Below, in pieces: positions 1 through 13,300 of a stretch of 64,000 bases of DNA. The stretch is from Azolla caroliniana (Eukaryota; Plantae; Polypodiophyta), in assembly GCA_043228905.1 (NCBI GenBank), contig JBHGNT010000005.1, forward strand, positions 16,430,001-16,494,000, read 5' to 3'. Within the stretch, counting starts at the first letter, position 1; each line of letters opens with the position of its first letter. Below the pieces are notes generated by a model. It was given only the letters and a program-made list of their open reading frames with translations. It was not told the origin of the DNA and did no database searches. Position numbers and translations under genes: made by a program.

Positions 1-96
1 TCAGATACTAGATGTATAGAGTATAATCCGATGCAATGCATTGTGGTTCTAAGTCATGCTTCTTGTTTGTCTTTGTGTTGTTGTCATAGACAGGAT

Positions 97-175
97 GCCA
101 CATGGAATGGTGGGGGTTGAACCCATGACCTTCTGGTCTTATTGGCAACCTTACCAATTGAGCTACATCTATCGA
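97..175 (-). pseudogene. tRNA-derived sequence (degenerate tRNA or SINE head)
   Basis: Minus strand reads TAGCTCAATTGGTAAGG (A-box-like) ... AGAAGGTCATGGGTTCAACCCCCAC (B-box/T-arm-like), followed by an A-rich tract. No intact cloverleaf. Confidence 0.45.
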
Positions 176-190
176 TGCATTATTGTATTG

Positions 191-1745
191 TGTAAGACTC
201 AACTTATTTCATTATAGATTGATCACTAGAACTTTCAAGAACCTTCTAGAGAATGCATCTTCATGCACTCTCTAGAAGTTTCCATGCACTCTCTAGAAGA
301 AGTCTTCTAGCTTTCATGCATATACCTCCACACTCTTGTATAAATATTGGGGTGCACCTTGATTACAATCAAGGTGAACAACACCAGTTACGAAAGCATA
401 TATAGTTCTTGTTTATTTTTCTATCCTCTCTCTTGTTTGTTCTATTGTCTATGCTCTCTCTCCCGTTATCTCTTAATATTGAGCCTTGTCTACTTGTCCT
501 TGACAATCTTGTGATCTTGCTTATGCTCTCGCTCTCTCTTAGTACTTAGCCTCATTCCACCCGTTCGTGAAAGTTTGTTCACCTTCTCAATTTCTAAGCC
601 TCAACATGTCGGACCTTATCGAGAAAATAAATCACCTCATGGAAGCCATGGATCAACTTCAACTTGAGAATGACAACCTTCGAGAATCGTTACGGAAGCT
701 TCAAGTTGGAACACCGATGGAACTCGAAGAAAAAAACAACTCTCCTCCTACATCAACAAATGTTCTACCTATAGAGCCTGGTTCCTCGTTTAGGCTTTCT
801 CCGACTCCTTCCCATCACACTACAAGTATGGAGCCCAATATTAGTTTACCTGACAAGTTCGATGGCACGAGGAAGCACTTCCGAGGGTTCATAAATCAGA
901 TCAAGCTTATTATCCAACTACAGCCTCAACGGTATGCAGATGATTTTCGTCAAGGGTGCTTCACGAGTGTCACGATGATCCACTTGTTGGTCATTTTGGC
1001 ATTGCGAAAACCTTGATGTTGATATCTCGGGGATATTGGTGGCCACAACCATGGAAATTGGTCAAAGAGTTCGTTAAGTCATGCGACGTTTGTGCTCGCT
1101 CTAAAGCATCTCATTATTGACCATATGGTCTCCTTCGCCCTCTCCCAGTCCCAAATGGCCTTGGGCCTCTCTTTCCATGGATTTCATCACTGACCTTCCC
1201 TTTGTTGGTGGTTATGACTCGGTATTCGTCATAGTCGATCGCTTCACCAAGATGGCTCATTTTGCTCCATGTGCCAAAACCATTACCGGAAAGGAGACAA
1301 CCGATTTGTTTTTCAAAAATGTGGTTCAACTACATGGACTCCCGAACGATATCACTTCTGATCAAGGACCACAATTTGTTTCCAATTTCTGGCGGCGCCT
1401 TTTGCAAACCTTCGGTTGTACTGTGAATCTATCTTCCGCTTATCATCCGCAAACCGATGGACAAACGAAGCGGGTTAAGCAAATCTTGGAACAATACTTG
1501 TGGTGCTCTCTTAGTTACCCGACTAGGTTGACCTTCTCCCACTTTCCGAGTTCGCCTACAACAACTCTCTACATGCATCTACGGGAGTTACTCCATTTTT
1601 CGCCAACTACAGTCTCCACCCCCGCTTCAACATTTCGCTTCCCTCTGACTCTGTCAATCCTTCTGCGGAGGACCAGGCACATCTCTTGGAGGATGTACAT
1701 CCTTTCCTTGGACATCACCCTTGCTGGCGAACTCTACAAGGAGCA
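191..1745 (+). mobile_element. Degraded Ty3/Gypsy chromovirus-like (Tf1/Tcn1-type) fragment: probable LTR about 191-505, gag remnant, integrase remnant
   Basis: TG...CA-bounded, TATA-containing segment at 191-505. ORF 567-1016 has LPDKFDGTRKHFRGFINQ, like the Gag of element G. It jumps at about 955 to a HECHDDPLVGHFG zinc-finger-like stretch and then the integrase core (1117-1803: SMDFITDLP, SDQGPQF, YHPQTDGQT). Confidence 0.8.
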
Positions 1746-3801
1746 ACCAATGCGTGATTTTCGCATTCCAAGCTCAGGGGGCTTGCTTCAGACCATAAAG
1801 TGACTTTTTGAGTCAGCACACTACCGACCTATTTAGCTCCGATTGAAAACCGAGGGGTTGGATCATATAGACCCGTTCTTCAAGGTCACCTTGAAGAAAC
1901 ACATTCTTCATGTCCATTTGGTGAAGATGCCATCCCGTTGCCGCAACAACAACCAGTACCACATGGACCGTCGTCATCTTCGTTACTAGAATGAAGGTCT
2001 CATCGTAGTCGATTCCGTGGGTCTGTGCGTATCCCTTCGCCACTAACCAGGCTTGTATCGGTTGACCGAACCGTCGGCATTGCACTTTACCTTGTACACC
2101 CACTTGCAACCGATCGGTTAACATTGTGGGGGAGGGTTGACCAAGTGCCAAGTGTCGTTGGCATCGAGTGCTTGCATTTCTTCTTCCATAACAACACACC
2201 AATTTGTGTCTTTCGTTGCTTCTGCGTAGCTCTCCAGCTCACACACTTCCGCCACCTTGGTCATGTACGCATAATGATGTGCCATGTACTCATTATATTC
2301 ATACCATTTTACGGGGTTCTTTTGGCGGATTGACCGGCACAATTTTCTGTCAGTCGGTTTGAGGCCCTTCTTGGCCGGTTCGGACTTCGTTTCGGAAGAT
2401 CCGACTTCGTTCTGTCCGTAGTCAGAATCACTCCGATCTGACTCTTCGCTATCGGTGTCATATTCTAGTATCTTCTTCTTCCCCTTCTCTTTGCGCATGA
2501 ACCGTCTCTCGGTCCCTTGCGCAGGGAGAGCACGACAGAGTCTCCACTACTTGCCAGTTCTTCATCCGATTGGTCATTCCGACTCAGCCGCTCATTCGGC
2601 CCACTTAGCCGAAATGAGATCAGACTCTCACCTAGAGTACCGAATTCTTCATCTTCTACCTAAACCTCTTCGGGTTCACTAGCCTCATCCTTTAAAATCG
2701 GGTTTTCGGGAGTTGGAGTCGGTAGAGAGAACCATGATGTCGACTCATCAAACTCGACATCTCGACTTACTCGGGCTTGTTTAGTCCGGGGGTTATAACA
2801 CTTATACCCCTTCTGTTCATGCAAGTAGCCGACGAGTATGTACTTCTCCGACTTCGGATCCAACTTCCTCTGCTTCTCATCCAGTACATGCACATATGCT
2901 ATACTACCGAATATCCGAAGGTGTCTCAAATTCGGCTTCCGCACGAAATACAACTCATGTGCTGACACCTTATCTCCGATCTGGTTTTGGATGTAGACGG
3001 CCGTCCGGACCGCCTCAGCCTAGTAGAACTTGGGCATGCTTTTCTCCTCCAGCATTGCCCTTGCAGCATCGACAATCGACCGGTTCTTTCTCTTGGCCAC
3101 GCCGTTTTGTTTCAGTGTGTATCGGCAACTGAAATCTCTCCGAATTCCTTTTTCTACAGATAACTATTGAATTGGTCGGAAAAGTATTCTTTTCTGCCAT
3201 CCAACCGCAGGCACTTGACTTTTCTTTTTGTTTCCTTCTCAACTAGACTTTGTAGATTCTAGAAACAGTCGAAGACTTCACTTTTCTCCTCAATGAGGTA
3301 GATCCATGTGTGTCGGTTGTAGTCGTCAATGAAGGAGACGAAATACCAACTCTTGCCAAGACTAACGTTCTGTGTCGGTCCCCATACATCCGAATGGATT
3401 AAGTCGAGCTTGTTAAAGCTCCGGTTTCATTCGGTGGGGAATGGAAGCCAGTGTTGCTTCCCGAGTTGGCAGGCTTCACATATTTAGGCCTTCCGGCCAC
3501 TGAATTTCGGCAATCCGAGAACAACTTGTTTCGATTGCAGGACTTGAAGCCTGCAATAGTTGACGTGGCCTATCCACTTGGGCCACATATCGATGTCCGA
3601 TTCAATCTTCTGTCCTTTCGCAAACAGGGCGGTGCCGACGTCGTTAGTGTCGAGGATGAACATCCTTCCCGTCTCTGCGCCCTTGCGCAATTATCCGGCC
3701 TTCTTCCTCGATGAAGCACCCGAGGTGTGTAAATTGCACCTGCATTCCCTGGACGACGATTTGTCCAATCAACACCAGGTTCTTTGTGATTGTCAGAATG
3801 T

Positions 3802-5754
3802 TGTCGCGTTGTTATGCGCGTGCGTATAAAATGAGGTAGGACCACGGGGGTCTTGGACCGAGGAATAACCGAACAGGAGTAGGAGAAAGAAAGACAACAG
3901 TGTCGCGAAAATACGACGAGGATACGCGAACTTGAGGCAAGACCCCGGGGCCTTTGTCTAGAGGATATCAAATTCGTGTATTTATGTACTAAGAATTAAC
4001 CGAAATGAGAAAGATTAACAAATTTCATTAATAAAAGGGAAAGAAAGATTACAATCAATCCCAAGATTGGGATTACAAAAGTTTTATCTTATGGAGATGA
4101 TTAGAATAATAGATTAGAGGAAATAAGAGATTATGATTCTTGAGTGATATGGCTTTGACAAGGAATTTTGGATTTTGAGAGATTGCTTCCGTATGGAGAT
4201 TATGGTTTACTTGAGATATAACTTCCGTAGGGAAGATTAGGGTTCTTGCTTCGATAAGATAAGAGAGCTCCCCCACAAAAGAAAAGGAAAAAAATTAAGA
4301 TAATATGGAGAGTGAGTCCTAGTGTAGGAAAAAAAATGGAATAAATATGGAGTTCTCTCTTGATCATAGCCTTTCCACTTTTTGTTGCATGGCCTCTACT
4401 TTTAGTTGCCTAGCTTTTTCTTTTGGTTGCATGTGACTGTCCACATGACCTTTACTTTTTCCATGCACTCCTTTAGTTGCTTGCGTCCACATGGCCTTTA
4501 CTTTAGTTCTCTTCACTTTACTTTAGTTTGTTGCATGATCCAATCTTTCGTCCGTCCACGTCCAACCTCGTCCCGTAGCCGGTTCCATTTTGCTTGCCGG
4601 TCGGTTCCGGTTCCGATTTTGCTTGCCGGTCGGTTCCGGTTTGTTTGCCGATTCCGGTTCCGGTTTTGCTTACCGGCCAGTTTCCGGTTTGCATACTCGT
4701 TTCGGTACCGGTTTTGCTTGCCGACCGGTTCTAGATTTGCATACCGGCCAGTTTCCGGATTACATACAAGCCGGTTTCCGAATTTGCTTACCAGCCTGTT
4801 TCCGGATTTACTTACCGGACCCGTTTTCCGGATTTGCTTATCGGCCGGTTTCCGGTTTTAGGGAATTTGGCAATCATCATCCATCAAGACAAAGTGGCCA
4901 AAGTGCTCTTAGCACAAATGAAAAATGAGGGAGCTCAAGGTGTTTATATAGCCAAGGCCTTAACTTTCCTATCTATGTGGGATAGTTCTAATTTCCCTAT
5001 CTAATCAAACTTTATTTTCTCATAACTTGATATGTATTTCTCCATTTTGTATATAGTAAAATACATTTTGAAGCTCTTGAGTATATCCATCTTTCTATAG
5101 TAAGCTACTAATCTAATCTATAATAATTATTTCATTATTTTTTTACATAGTGTGTGAAGATTTACACGACAACGGCTGTGCTTCCACACACACACACACG
5201 TAGATACAAAGAAACCACAACCGAATGAACAAGGAAACGAGACGAATGCGTATATGTATGTATATATTCTGATGAAAAAGGGTTACAACCGACAGGCCGG
5301 TGAGCAACAAATCTCCTACTCCTACGCACACACACAGAGAAGAGCGAGATGGAGACTCTGCCAGAAGCACTCGGGCGTTCCGCGGAGCAAGGGCAGCATC
5401 CCAAAAACCTGCACAACGCAAATATAGAGAAAGACGGAGGAGAAGAGCTCGGTCCTAGTCCGACATCACTTCGTCCTCGACAAAAGCGATCCCCCTTTTT
5501 ACGATTCCTCTCCCTCTCTTTTATAGCCCAAGGAGGGAGGCCATTACAACTTGTGTCATCCTCTTTATTCTCTGTCCTTTCAGACAGAGATATGCCTCGA
5601 TTTCCTACTTATCAATTCCGTGTGACCTAGGATATTCACATCAGTTGACTTGTACCTAAATATGTACATTACAACAAAACTTGTGCTCGCGTGTAAGGGC
5701 CGGTTCGCGCACATCATTCTCCGATTCCGCCTAGGGACGGTTTTCTCCACGACA
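3802..5754 (-). repeat. 3' LTR of element A, interrupted by a solo LTR at 3901-5171
   Basis: TGTCG...CGACA termini; aligns with 43430-44106 once the insert is removed. Confidence 0.9.
3901..5171. mobile_element. Solo LTR (1271 bp) of a related Gypsy family, with a CCGG-rich degenerate tandem array at about 4576-4858
   Basis: TGTCGCG...CACGACA termini; flanks ACAG/ACGG (4-bp TSD with one mismatch); the host LTR resumes exactly after it. Confidence 0.85.
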
Positions 5755-5827
5755 TCCGCCCCCACCTAACCGCGCATCCATCGGTATGCGCCAAAATAGA
5801 CTCTTGCCGGAGAAGACCGGCCTGCGC

Positions 5828-8800
5828 TTACCCTTCGTCCTCCGAATCGCCATTCACTCCGAACCGGTCGTCCTCGCTATCCAAGTCATCCGGGTCCGGT
5901 TCATCCTCGTGCCGCTTTTTGAATGCTTTGATCCTTTTCCCGGCCACTCGTACTGCCATCCTCGTCCCATCACGCTCCGCGAGATGGTAGGTTTCGTTGT
6001 CGTTGGCGCTTGTCACCACGTAAGGCCCGAACCACCTCCTTGCGAATTTTCGCATCGCCTTGTGCTGGCTGTCGAGGCTGCTATCATATGCTAGAACCCA
6101 GTCGCCTTCTTCGATTTTCTTCGGCCTTAGTCGGTGAGTCCGGTCGAATCGCCCCTTGTTCTTTACCCTCATGGCCCACAGCTTTTCCACGGCTCATTCC
6201 ACATCCTCCGGTCTTCGCTCGAGCTGCCGGATCTGCGCCGCTAACAGCTCCTCCCGGTTCATCTCGTCTCTCCAGTCCACCGTGGCCAATGAGGAGATCG
6301 TTCGCTCCATTGGCATGACCGACTTCTGCCCATACATCAGCTCCGCCTGCATGAACCCGACTACCGAACTGTGCGTAGTTCGATCGGCCCACAACGCATA
6401 GTGTAAGAGTCGTGGCCAATTTCCGACTTGGCCTCCACATACCCGCACTAACGCTTTGACGATCGGCCCGTGTCTGCGTTCCACCTTCCCGTTCTTCTAC
6501 GGATTGTACGCCATGGTGAGCGAGAGTTTAACCCCTCGCCGGTCAAACAGCTCTTCAGCCTCTTGTGCATCTAGTGTTAGGAAACAGGTCCCTCCGGATG
6601 GGAAGTGAGAAGAACCAGATGTGGAGTACCCGGCAACGGAAGACTCGGTGAGAATCGGATGTGGAGTACCCGGCAACGGAAGACCCGGTGAGAACCGGAT
6701 GATGAGTACCCGGCAACGGAAGACCCGGTGAGAACTGGATGTGGAGTACCCGACAACGGAAGACCCGGTGAGAACCGGATGACAAGTACCCGGCAAGAGC
6801 CGAATGGTGAAGGCCCGGTGAGAAGTGCTCACTGGATGAAGGGACATATTCGTAAATATGTTTTCTGAGAGTCCATCGGGGCTATATAAATAGCCGAAAA
6901 GTCATATTAGTATAAATATGACTTAGGGCAAACTTAGTGTTATAGTTGTTGTCAATCTTGTTGGTGCAAGATTTGAGTGTGTAACTGTGTACAGAGAGAG
7001 AGAGAGAGGAAGAGGTCGTTGCCTCTGTTGTAACCGCCGCCTGTGGCGAAGATAGCAAGCTCGAGGTCGTTGCCTCGGTGCTTTACTATTGTACATTGTG
7101 ATATAGTGATAGTTTGCAGTCTGTGGGCTACCATGGTTTTTCCCTAGTTTGGGTTTTCCACGTTAACATCCTGTGTACTCTTCTCTTTACTATGTCGTGC
7201 GTTCATTACCCGTTTTCTGTGTTTGATCCTAGCCTCGGTTGTGGCCGAGCGTTGTGCTTACGGAGCGTGTATTTCTGTCATCTAGTTCTCCGCGGTCGGC
7301 TACGATCTTTCCTACGCACCCGTACCGGCATACCATTTCTTCGATCAGAAATCGGCACACGGCCGTGGTCGTTTTGTTCGGCAACGCTCGGCCTTCCACC
7401 TAGTTCATCAGGTCCTCTCGAGCCAGCACCAAATCCACCATCCCCTTGAAGTGGACAGTCGGAGGGTAGGTCGGGTGGAGCTCGTCCTGATATCGGACTA
7501 CGGAGTGCATCTGACAGCCTTCGCAAGTCATCACGAACTGATGCATATCCCGATATAGTCCCGGCCACCAGTACTTCCCCTTTCAGCTTCTCCAATGTGG
7601 CCCACGTCCCGCGGTGTCCGGCCCACGGACTCTCGTGGTACGCCGTCAGCAGTTCCACCTGTTCCTCTTTCTTCGCCACAACCTGGAGCGGGATGTCGTT
7701 TCCCTTCTTCGGGTGCTTCCATATGCACCCATCCCGTAGGAAGAATCGGTACGCTTTCTTCCAAATCCGGTTGGTCTCTTCCTTCGTCCACGCCACGTCC
7801 GGTGTCATTGTCTTTAGGAACCCGCCGATCTGGAGCCACTCCCCGTTGTACTTGCTCTCGTCGAACTCGTTAAGCACGGGAGTGCTCCCCTTCCTTGTTG
7901 TTACGTAAGCCGTCTCAAAGAAGTCCACGCTGACTTCTTCGTCCTCCGAAACCATGCCGTACTCATCATCGAATCTCGCCCTTGAAAGCATGTCGACCAT
8001 GGCGTTGTCTTTTCCGGAAATGTGTCGTGTTTCCGGATTCAGGGACTTGATGTACGTTATCCACCTGAGCATTGCCAAGTCCAGCGTCACGCATCCGGAA
8101 ACCATACCGAGAATCGGCAAGCAGTCCATCTCAATTATCACCTCCGTCTCGATCAGATAGTCTTTGTCGGCCTTGATCGCCGAAACGATACCCCAGAGTT
8201 CGTGTTTAACTTGGGTGTACCCTCGCTGTCGTTCACTGAGGACTTTCGCGCCGAACCGGATGGGGAACCTCGTGCCATTCTCCTCCTCCAGGTTGATCAC
8301 CCATCCAATTCCGGTCGGACTCGTGTCTACGGTCACGTAAATCGGAATGTCTTTACCATAGACCGCTTTCCGGAGTGTCAGCGCCGCAACAAGTGCTCCT
8401 TTAATTTTCCCGACCGACTCCGTATGCTCCTCTCTCCACTCAATTTTTTACGCCCTTTCTTTAGCAACCCATAGAGCGGCTCCGCGACGTGGGCATAATG
8501 CGAGATCCAGATATGGTAGAACGCGCATGCTCCCAAGAATCTTTGGACTTCCGTGACTGAATTGCAGTCGCGCTTCATCGCGGAGATGGCCTCTACCTTG
8601 GTCGGCGACGGTTTCCGATCGAATGGCCCGCATATGTGTCTGACGACCATGATCTCCGATTGCCTGAAGGCCGATTTCTCCCTAGAGAAGGTGAGCCTCG
8701 CGCCCTCTAGTCTTTGCAGCACCTTCTCGCAGTCATCGACGTGGTCTGCCACGAACATTCGACATCCGTCCGGTCCGATTGTCTCATCCGTATCCTCCAC

Positions 8801-9808
8801 CGGGCATCCTTTGATCGGGATGTTGTTTAAGAATGGCACTGTGATGTCCGGGATACAATCCCTAAGCACCTTGTTCATCACTTTCACCATGTGCATCACC
8901 GAGATCGTCCCTCCTTGCGGCAAGGTACACATCCGCACCAACCCGAGAGGGGTCCGCATCATCGTGATATCCCTGCTCTCCACGGCTAGTTGGAACTGAT
9001 CGTACCCCGAGTACAGATCACTGACCGAATAGATTGACCTTCTGGTGAAGGCTTCTACGAACTCGTCTCTCATCGACCCGATACCTGCATTACGAATGGT
9101 CACCCTGTTGACTGGTTGTAGGTCCTGAATGAAGCGCAACGTGCCATTCTTCTTGGGCACGGTAAACCACCGATTAGAATACGGGGCACTCGACGGTTCG
9201 AGGATGCCCATATCCACCTTCTATTTAAGTAGCTCCATTAGCTTCGGGATGTGAGCTCTGGGTACTGGAATCGGTTTGAGATTCCAAGGTACATGAGGTA
9301 TCGTGAAGATCACCATTGGTTCCACAATCGTTGAGTATACGCACCCGATCTCCTCCAGAGAGAATGTGAAGTTCTTTCCGTGCCTCCCAAGCATTCTCCG
9401 AAACCGGTCCTCCTCCGCCAACAGTAGAAAGCCACCCCCACCGACCTTGAGCTCTCGTAGTGTTACGTCGGTGAATCCGTGTCCTATGCCAGCCGGTTGC
9501 CGTAAACTTGGGTCCGACGCAACCCCCTTTATCCGCTCTTCGTTGCCCTCCGACCGAACCTGGTATCCACGCGGGCCGTCCGACCGAACCTGACCCTTTT
9601 CCCAAAGTCAGCGATGACTTCGTACATCTCCACCGAACTAACCGGAACTGCCCGGTCTTCACTAAGGCTTCCTTCGACAACCTCGCGTAATTCCCCCAAG
9701 GTGTCATCGAAGGAGACCGCCTCCACGGCACTGCCAATTTCTTTGCCAAGGCCGAGGACTCTGTACGCCCTGAGTCTTTCTTCCGCCCGTTTCTTTTCCT
9801 AGCCACTG
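5828..9808 (-). pseudogene. pol: pol of element A (RT, RNase H, integrase), frameshifted
   Basis: ORFs 8378-9217 (RT), 7278-8336 (RNase H, TVDTSPTGIGW), 6194-6484 and 5828-6190 (integrase C-terminus, WFGPYVV). Closely similar to C pol. Confidence 0.9.
6575..7280 (+). mobile_element. Solo LTR of a Copia family related to J, with about 39-bp tandem repeats
   Basis: TG...CA; perfect 5-bp TSD TCTAG (6570-6574, 7281-7285); similar to the reverse complement of 62969-63707. Confidence 0.92.
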
Positions 9809-10360
9809 ATGCCGGCTATAGTACAACCTCTGTTATTGGAGAACCAAAATTACCTATCTATGGTACATGCGTGTGTTGCCGATTAGGAACACGGTCCGCG
9901 GTCAGTCCTTCGACCTAGACCTCAAAGTGGGTGTGGAACAACGAACAGGTGTTTAAGCGTAATGCGTAGGGGAAGAATCCCTGTAACCTATCAGTGCATA
10001 AGGGAGACGGCTACAACCGAAACCCTATCACGGGTTACACTTACATACTTAAACGCTTAGGTATTCAAGACACACACAGTGAATTAGTCGTAGCTATACA
10101 CAGGAAATCAGAGAAGATAGAATTCTATTATCAGGCGTTTCTTTACATTCCCCAAAATTACACGCACCTGCATCAGAGGTTTTCTGCCCTTTAAATACGC
10201 AGGGTCTATTTAGCCGTTCATGCTTCCTGCGTGAACCGTTACATGCGTTATGTTCTTAAATAATTTCTTATTCCTACGCTTTTGTCCGTCGGTTACTATT
10301 CCGGCGGACAACACTTGGCACGCCTGTGGGACAGTGCCCTGGCACGTCGGACCCATCCTG

Positions 10361-13300
10361 TTAATCCTCTCCAAAAATGGCCCGGATGTTCGGCTCTGCT
10401 GCGGTGTCCGCGTCCGGAGGTGACATAGGGCCCGTAGGTGCATCGTGGTGTGGCTCCTCGGTTTGGTCGGGCTGGTTTCTCCCGGAGTCGCCGTCGCCGT
10501 GTGTGGGCGGTCCGGGTACGGTGGGCTCTTCTTGAGCTAGTGGGTTGGGCTTCGCCGTCACCGTGCTTGTCGTTGGCTGCGGCTCTGCCTCCATTGTTAC
10601 GTCCTCCGTGGTGTCGGCCGTTTTTGTATGTTCCAGGGAGTGGGGCGGAGATTCCACCTGGTCCGCACCATTCTCCGTGTGGTCTGATGATAGTGTGAGC
10701 TCGTGCAGCTGAACCTCTTGTTGTGTAGTGGTTTCGCTGTCTGATCTTGTGGGGAACTCCGCTCGTCGGTCCCCGCTATTCTCCATCGTTGTCATCTCTG
10801 GCGATCGGGCCTGAGGTTCCTCTTCTTCGGTTGTGCTTGGAATTGGCGTCACGCTGGATTCCTCGTTTGTGCACGTGTTGCCGGCTTGTGTGATCTGGTG
10901 ACATAGCTCCTCCTGACTTTCACCAAAATCGTCTAAGAGCTGCGCGAGTTCTTCGGAGTGTTGGTCCGCTAGTGCACGATAGTCTTGCGCTAGGTCCTCC
11001 CGTACGGCCACAATGCTCTCCTCATTTAGTTTATAGAACCCTCGACCGTCTTTTCGCCGGTTCTCCCAGTCCGCACGATACACGTGCAATTCCGCTGCTT
11101 GGGTTGCCCACGTCATCCATCCTTTGTCCAGTGTCGTTTTCAATTGCGTTGTGAACCTCTCCCGATTTGTTTGGAGAAGGATCCGCACGTTATCTGTGAT
11201 GGCCTGGCAACGGTTGCGTGCGTCTTCCATCGACTTCTGGAGATTAGCGATTTCCTGTTGTTTAACCAGTGCCGCTTCCTGATACATGGCCTTCAGGCCC
11301 GCCCACAATTGGGATTCTTTTGCATGTTGTTCTTCTAATTTCCCCATTTCATTGTTTAGGCGGATTTCGAGCTGATGCCTTCTGTCTTGTTCGACCACCA
11401 ACTGCTCATCGAACCATACCTTCTTTTTTTCTAATAAGGCCCGGAGTCCCGCTATTGCCGCCTCCGATTTCTTCGCGTCCTCCCGTAATTGGGCATTGTC
11501 GTCTTTTGTCCGAATGTGCTGAGCTACCTCCGTAGCGAGTTTCTCTTCAAGGGTTTTTACTGCCTTCCGGCCGTTAGCCCGTATCTCCTTTTCTCTGTCT
11601 AAGGATTGGCGTAGTTTTGCTCGAAGGCGGTCAATTTCTGATTCCGCTAGTTGCATGGCCCTTTTTGCTTTTGAGGCGATGGCGGTCTGAGCCTCGATTT
11701 CTTCTTTTAGAGCGTCGATGACGTGGTTCGGTGGCGGGGTTGCGTGTTGCGCCGTAGTCGCGAGAGCTTCCAACTCCGTGATGCGTGCGTTGGCTTTTTG
11801 CAGTTCGGCTTGGGTCAGTTTAACCTTCTTCCAGACATTCTTATTTTTTATGGCCATCTCCTTGGCGCCCATGCTGACCTTTGCCAGTTCTCGATGGACT
11901 TCGACTAGGGCCGTGTTTAAGGGGGGGGTATTTCCATCCCCACTCGGCGTACCCTGACGTTCCTCTGTCTGCCGACCCTGGCTAGCCGGTCCTCATCATC
12001 GCTCTCCGTTGTTTGTGTTAGGGCGCGCTCGATCATCTGGCATTCTACATGCTCTTCGGCCATTCGTTGGGCGGCTTTTACCTGTTGTGTTGCCCGGAAC
12101 TCCATGAGCTCAAAAGAAGTACCAAACTACAAGAGGGCGCTGAACTCATGGGCCGTATCCAGAATATCTGGATATGCCAAAACCTCGCTTTCCGCCGTCA
12201 ATACGGCTTTCCCTCGTTGGGACTGGGTCGTAATAATCGGTTGTGGCTCCCGGATGACTTCGAAGGTGGTATTGGGTTCCGCTGCTACGGAGCCGTCGTC
12301 TTCGGTCGGTGTTTCTATTCCCGTTGGGGCGTTTTTTACCAACCCCCACCCATCTTTCTTGTCCAATCTACGCCATTTTGGTCTGGGGCTTTCCCACCGT
12401 GTTTCGGTGTCTGGCTCTAGGGCTGCTTCCATGGAACGTGTCAGATGTTCCTCCTGCGTTGTTCGTGTGTCTGGCTGGTCAAAAGGAGGTGTTGTCCTTG
12501 GGTCTGGCTGGGCGGGTTGGGGTTCCTCTTCCCACTCTGGGGCTGATAACTCCAGTAACCTGCGTTTCGCAGATCGGGGCGGGGCAGTGGGTTGGCTGGG
12601 CTGCGGTGCCGGCAGGCCTCGGGGTGGAAATAGTACCGTAAGGTATTGATGGATGATCGGCCTGAGCTTTTTGCCTGCTTGGTACGCATGCAAGCCTTCC
12701 CTTAACGTTGGCCCTGTGATGACCCCCCAATCGACGACACGCCCTTCAAAGGTATCGATAATGATGCCCGCCTTCTGGTTAGGCATCCTATATGCGTTGA
12801 CATGTACGCAGCCGACTTCTAGCAAGAACTTGGCAACTTCACGGAAAAAGGGATCCGGAATCTGCTTCGTTCTATAGGCCTTGGCGGAGGAGGAATATGG
12901 ACCAAAATACCGCTGCAGCGCCTCTGCAGGAGGTATTTCGAAATGCCTTTCGCCTAGCGATGACAGGTCCAACTTTTTCCGAATGGAAGAGTTGGTGACT
13001 GTGTCGATGTTAAGCTTTCTGGCGATGTCCATAGCATCCGGGTGTGGGGGTGCCTCTGCGACTCGGATGTACCCATCCAGGCGTTTCTCCACGAGCCATC
13101 GGCGTAAAGTAGTAGAGATGAATATTGGCATCGCTAGAGTAGGTTCGTGGGAAGGAGACTGGTGGTTGCGGTGAGCTGGAGCTCTATGATAGGATGGGGG
13201 AGAAGGTAAGGGAGAGGAGCGATGGGAGCGTTGATAGTTAGAAGGTGGGTTTCTGTTTTGTGCAGAAGATCTTCTATTTCCTTCTTTTTGTGGCTTAGGG

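Noticed and set aside
10316-10332. Reading D as an ordinary plus-strand element with its PBS here
   Set aside because: All D coding regions are on the minus strand and a PBS lies beside the other LTR; relatives E and F confirm the polarity.
10361-11872. Host SMC/myosin-like gene or viral env
   Set aside because: It lies inside the LTR/TSD-bounded element D, has homologues at the same position in E and F, and shows no signal peptide or TM segment.
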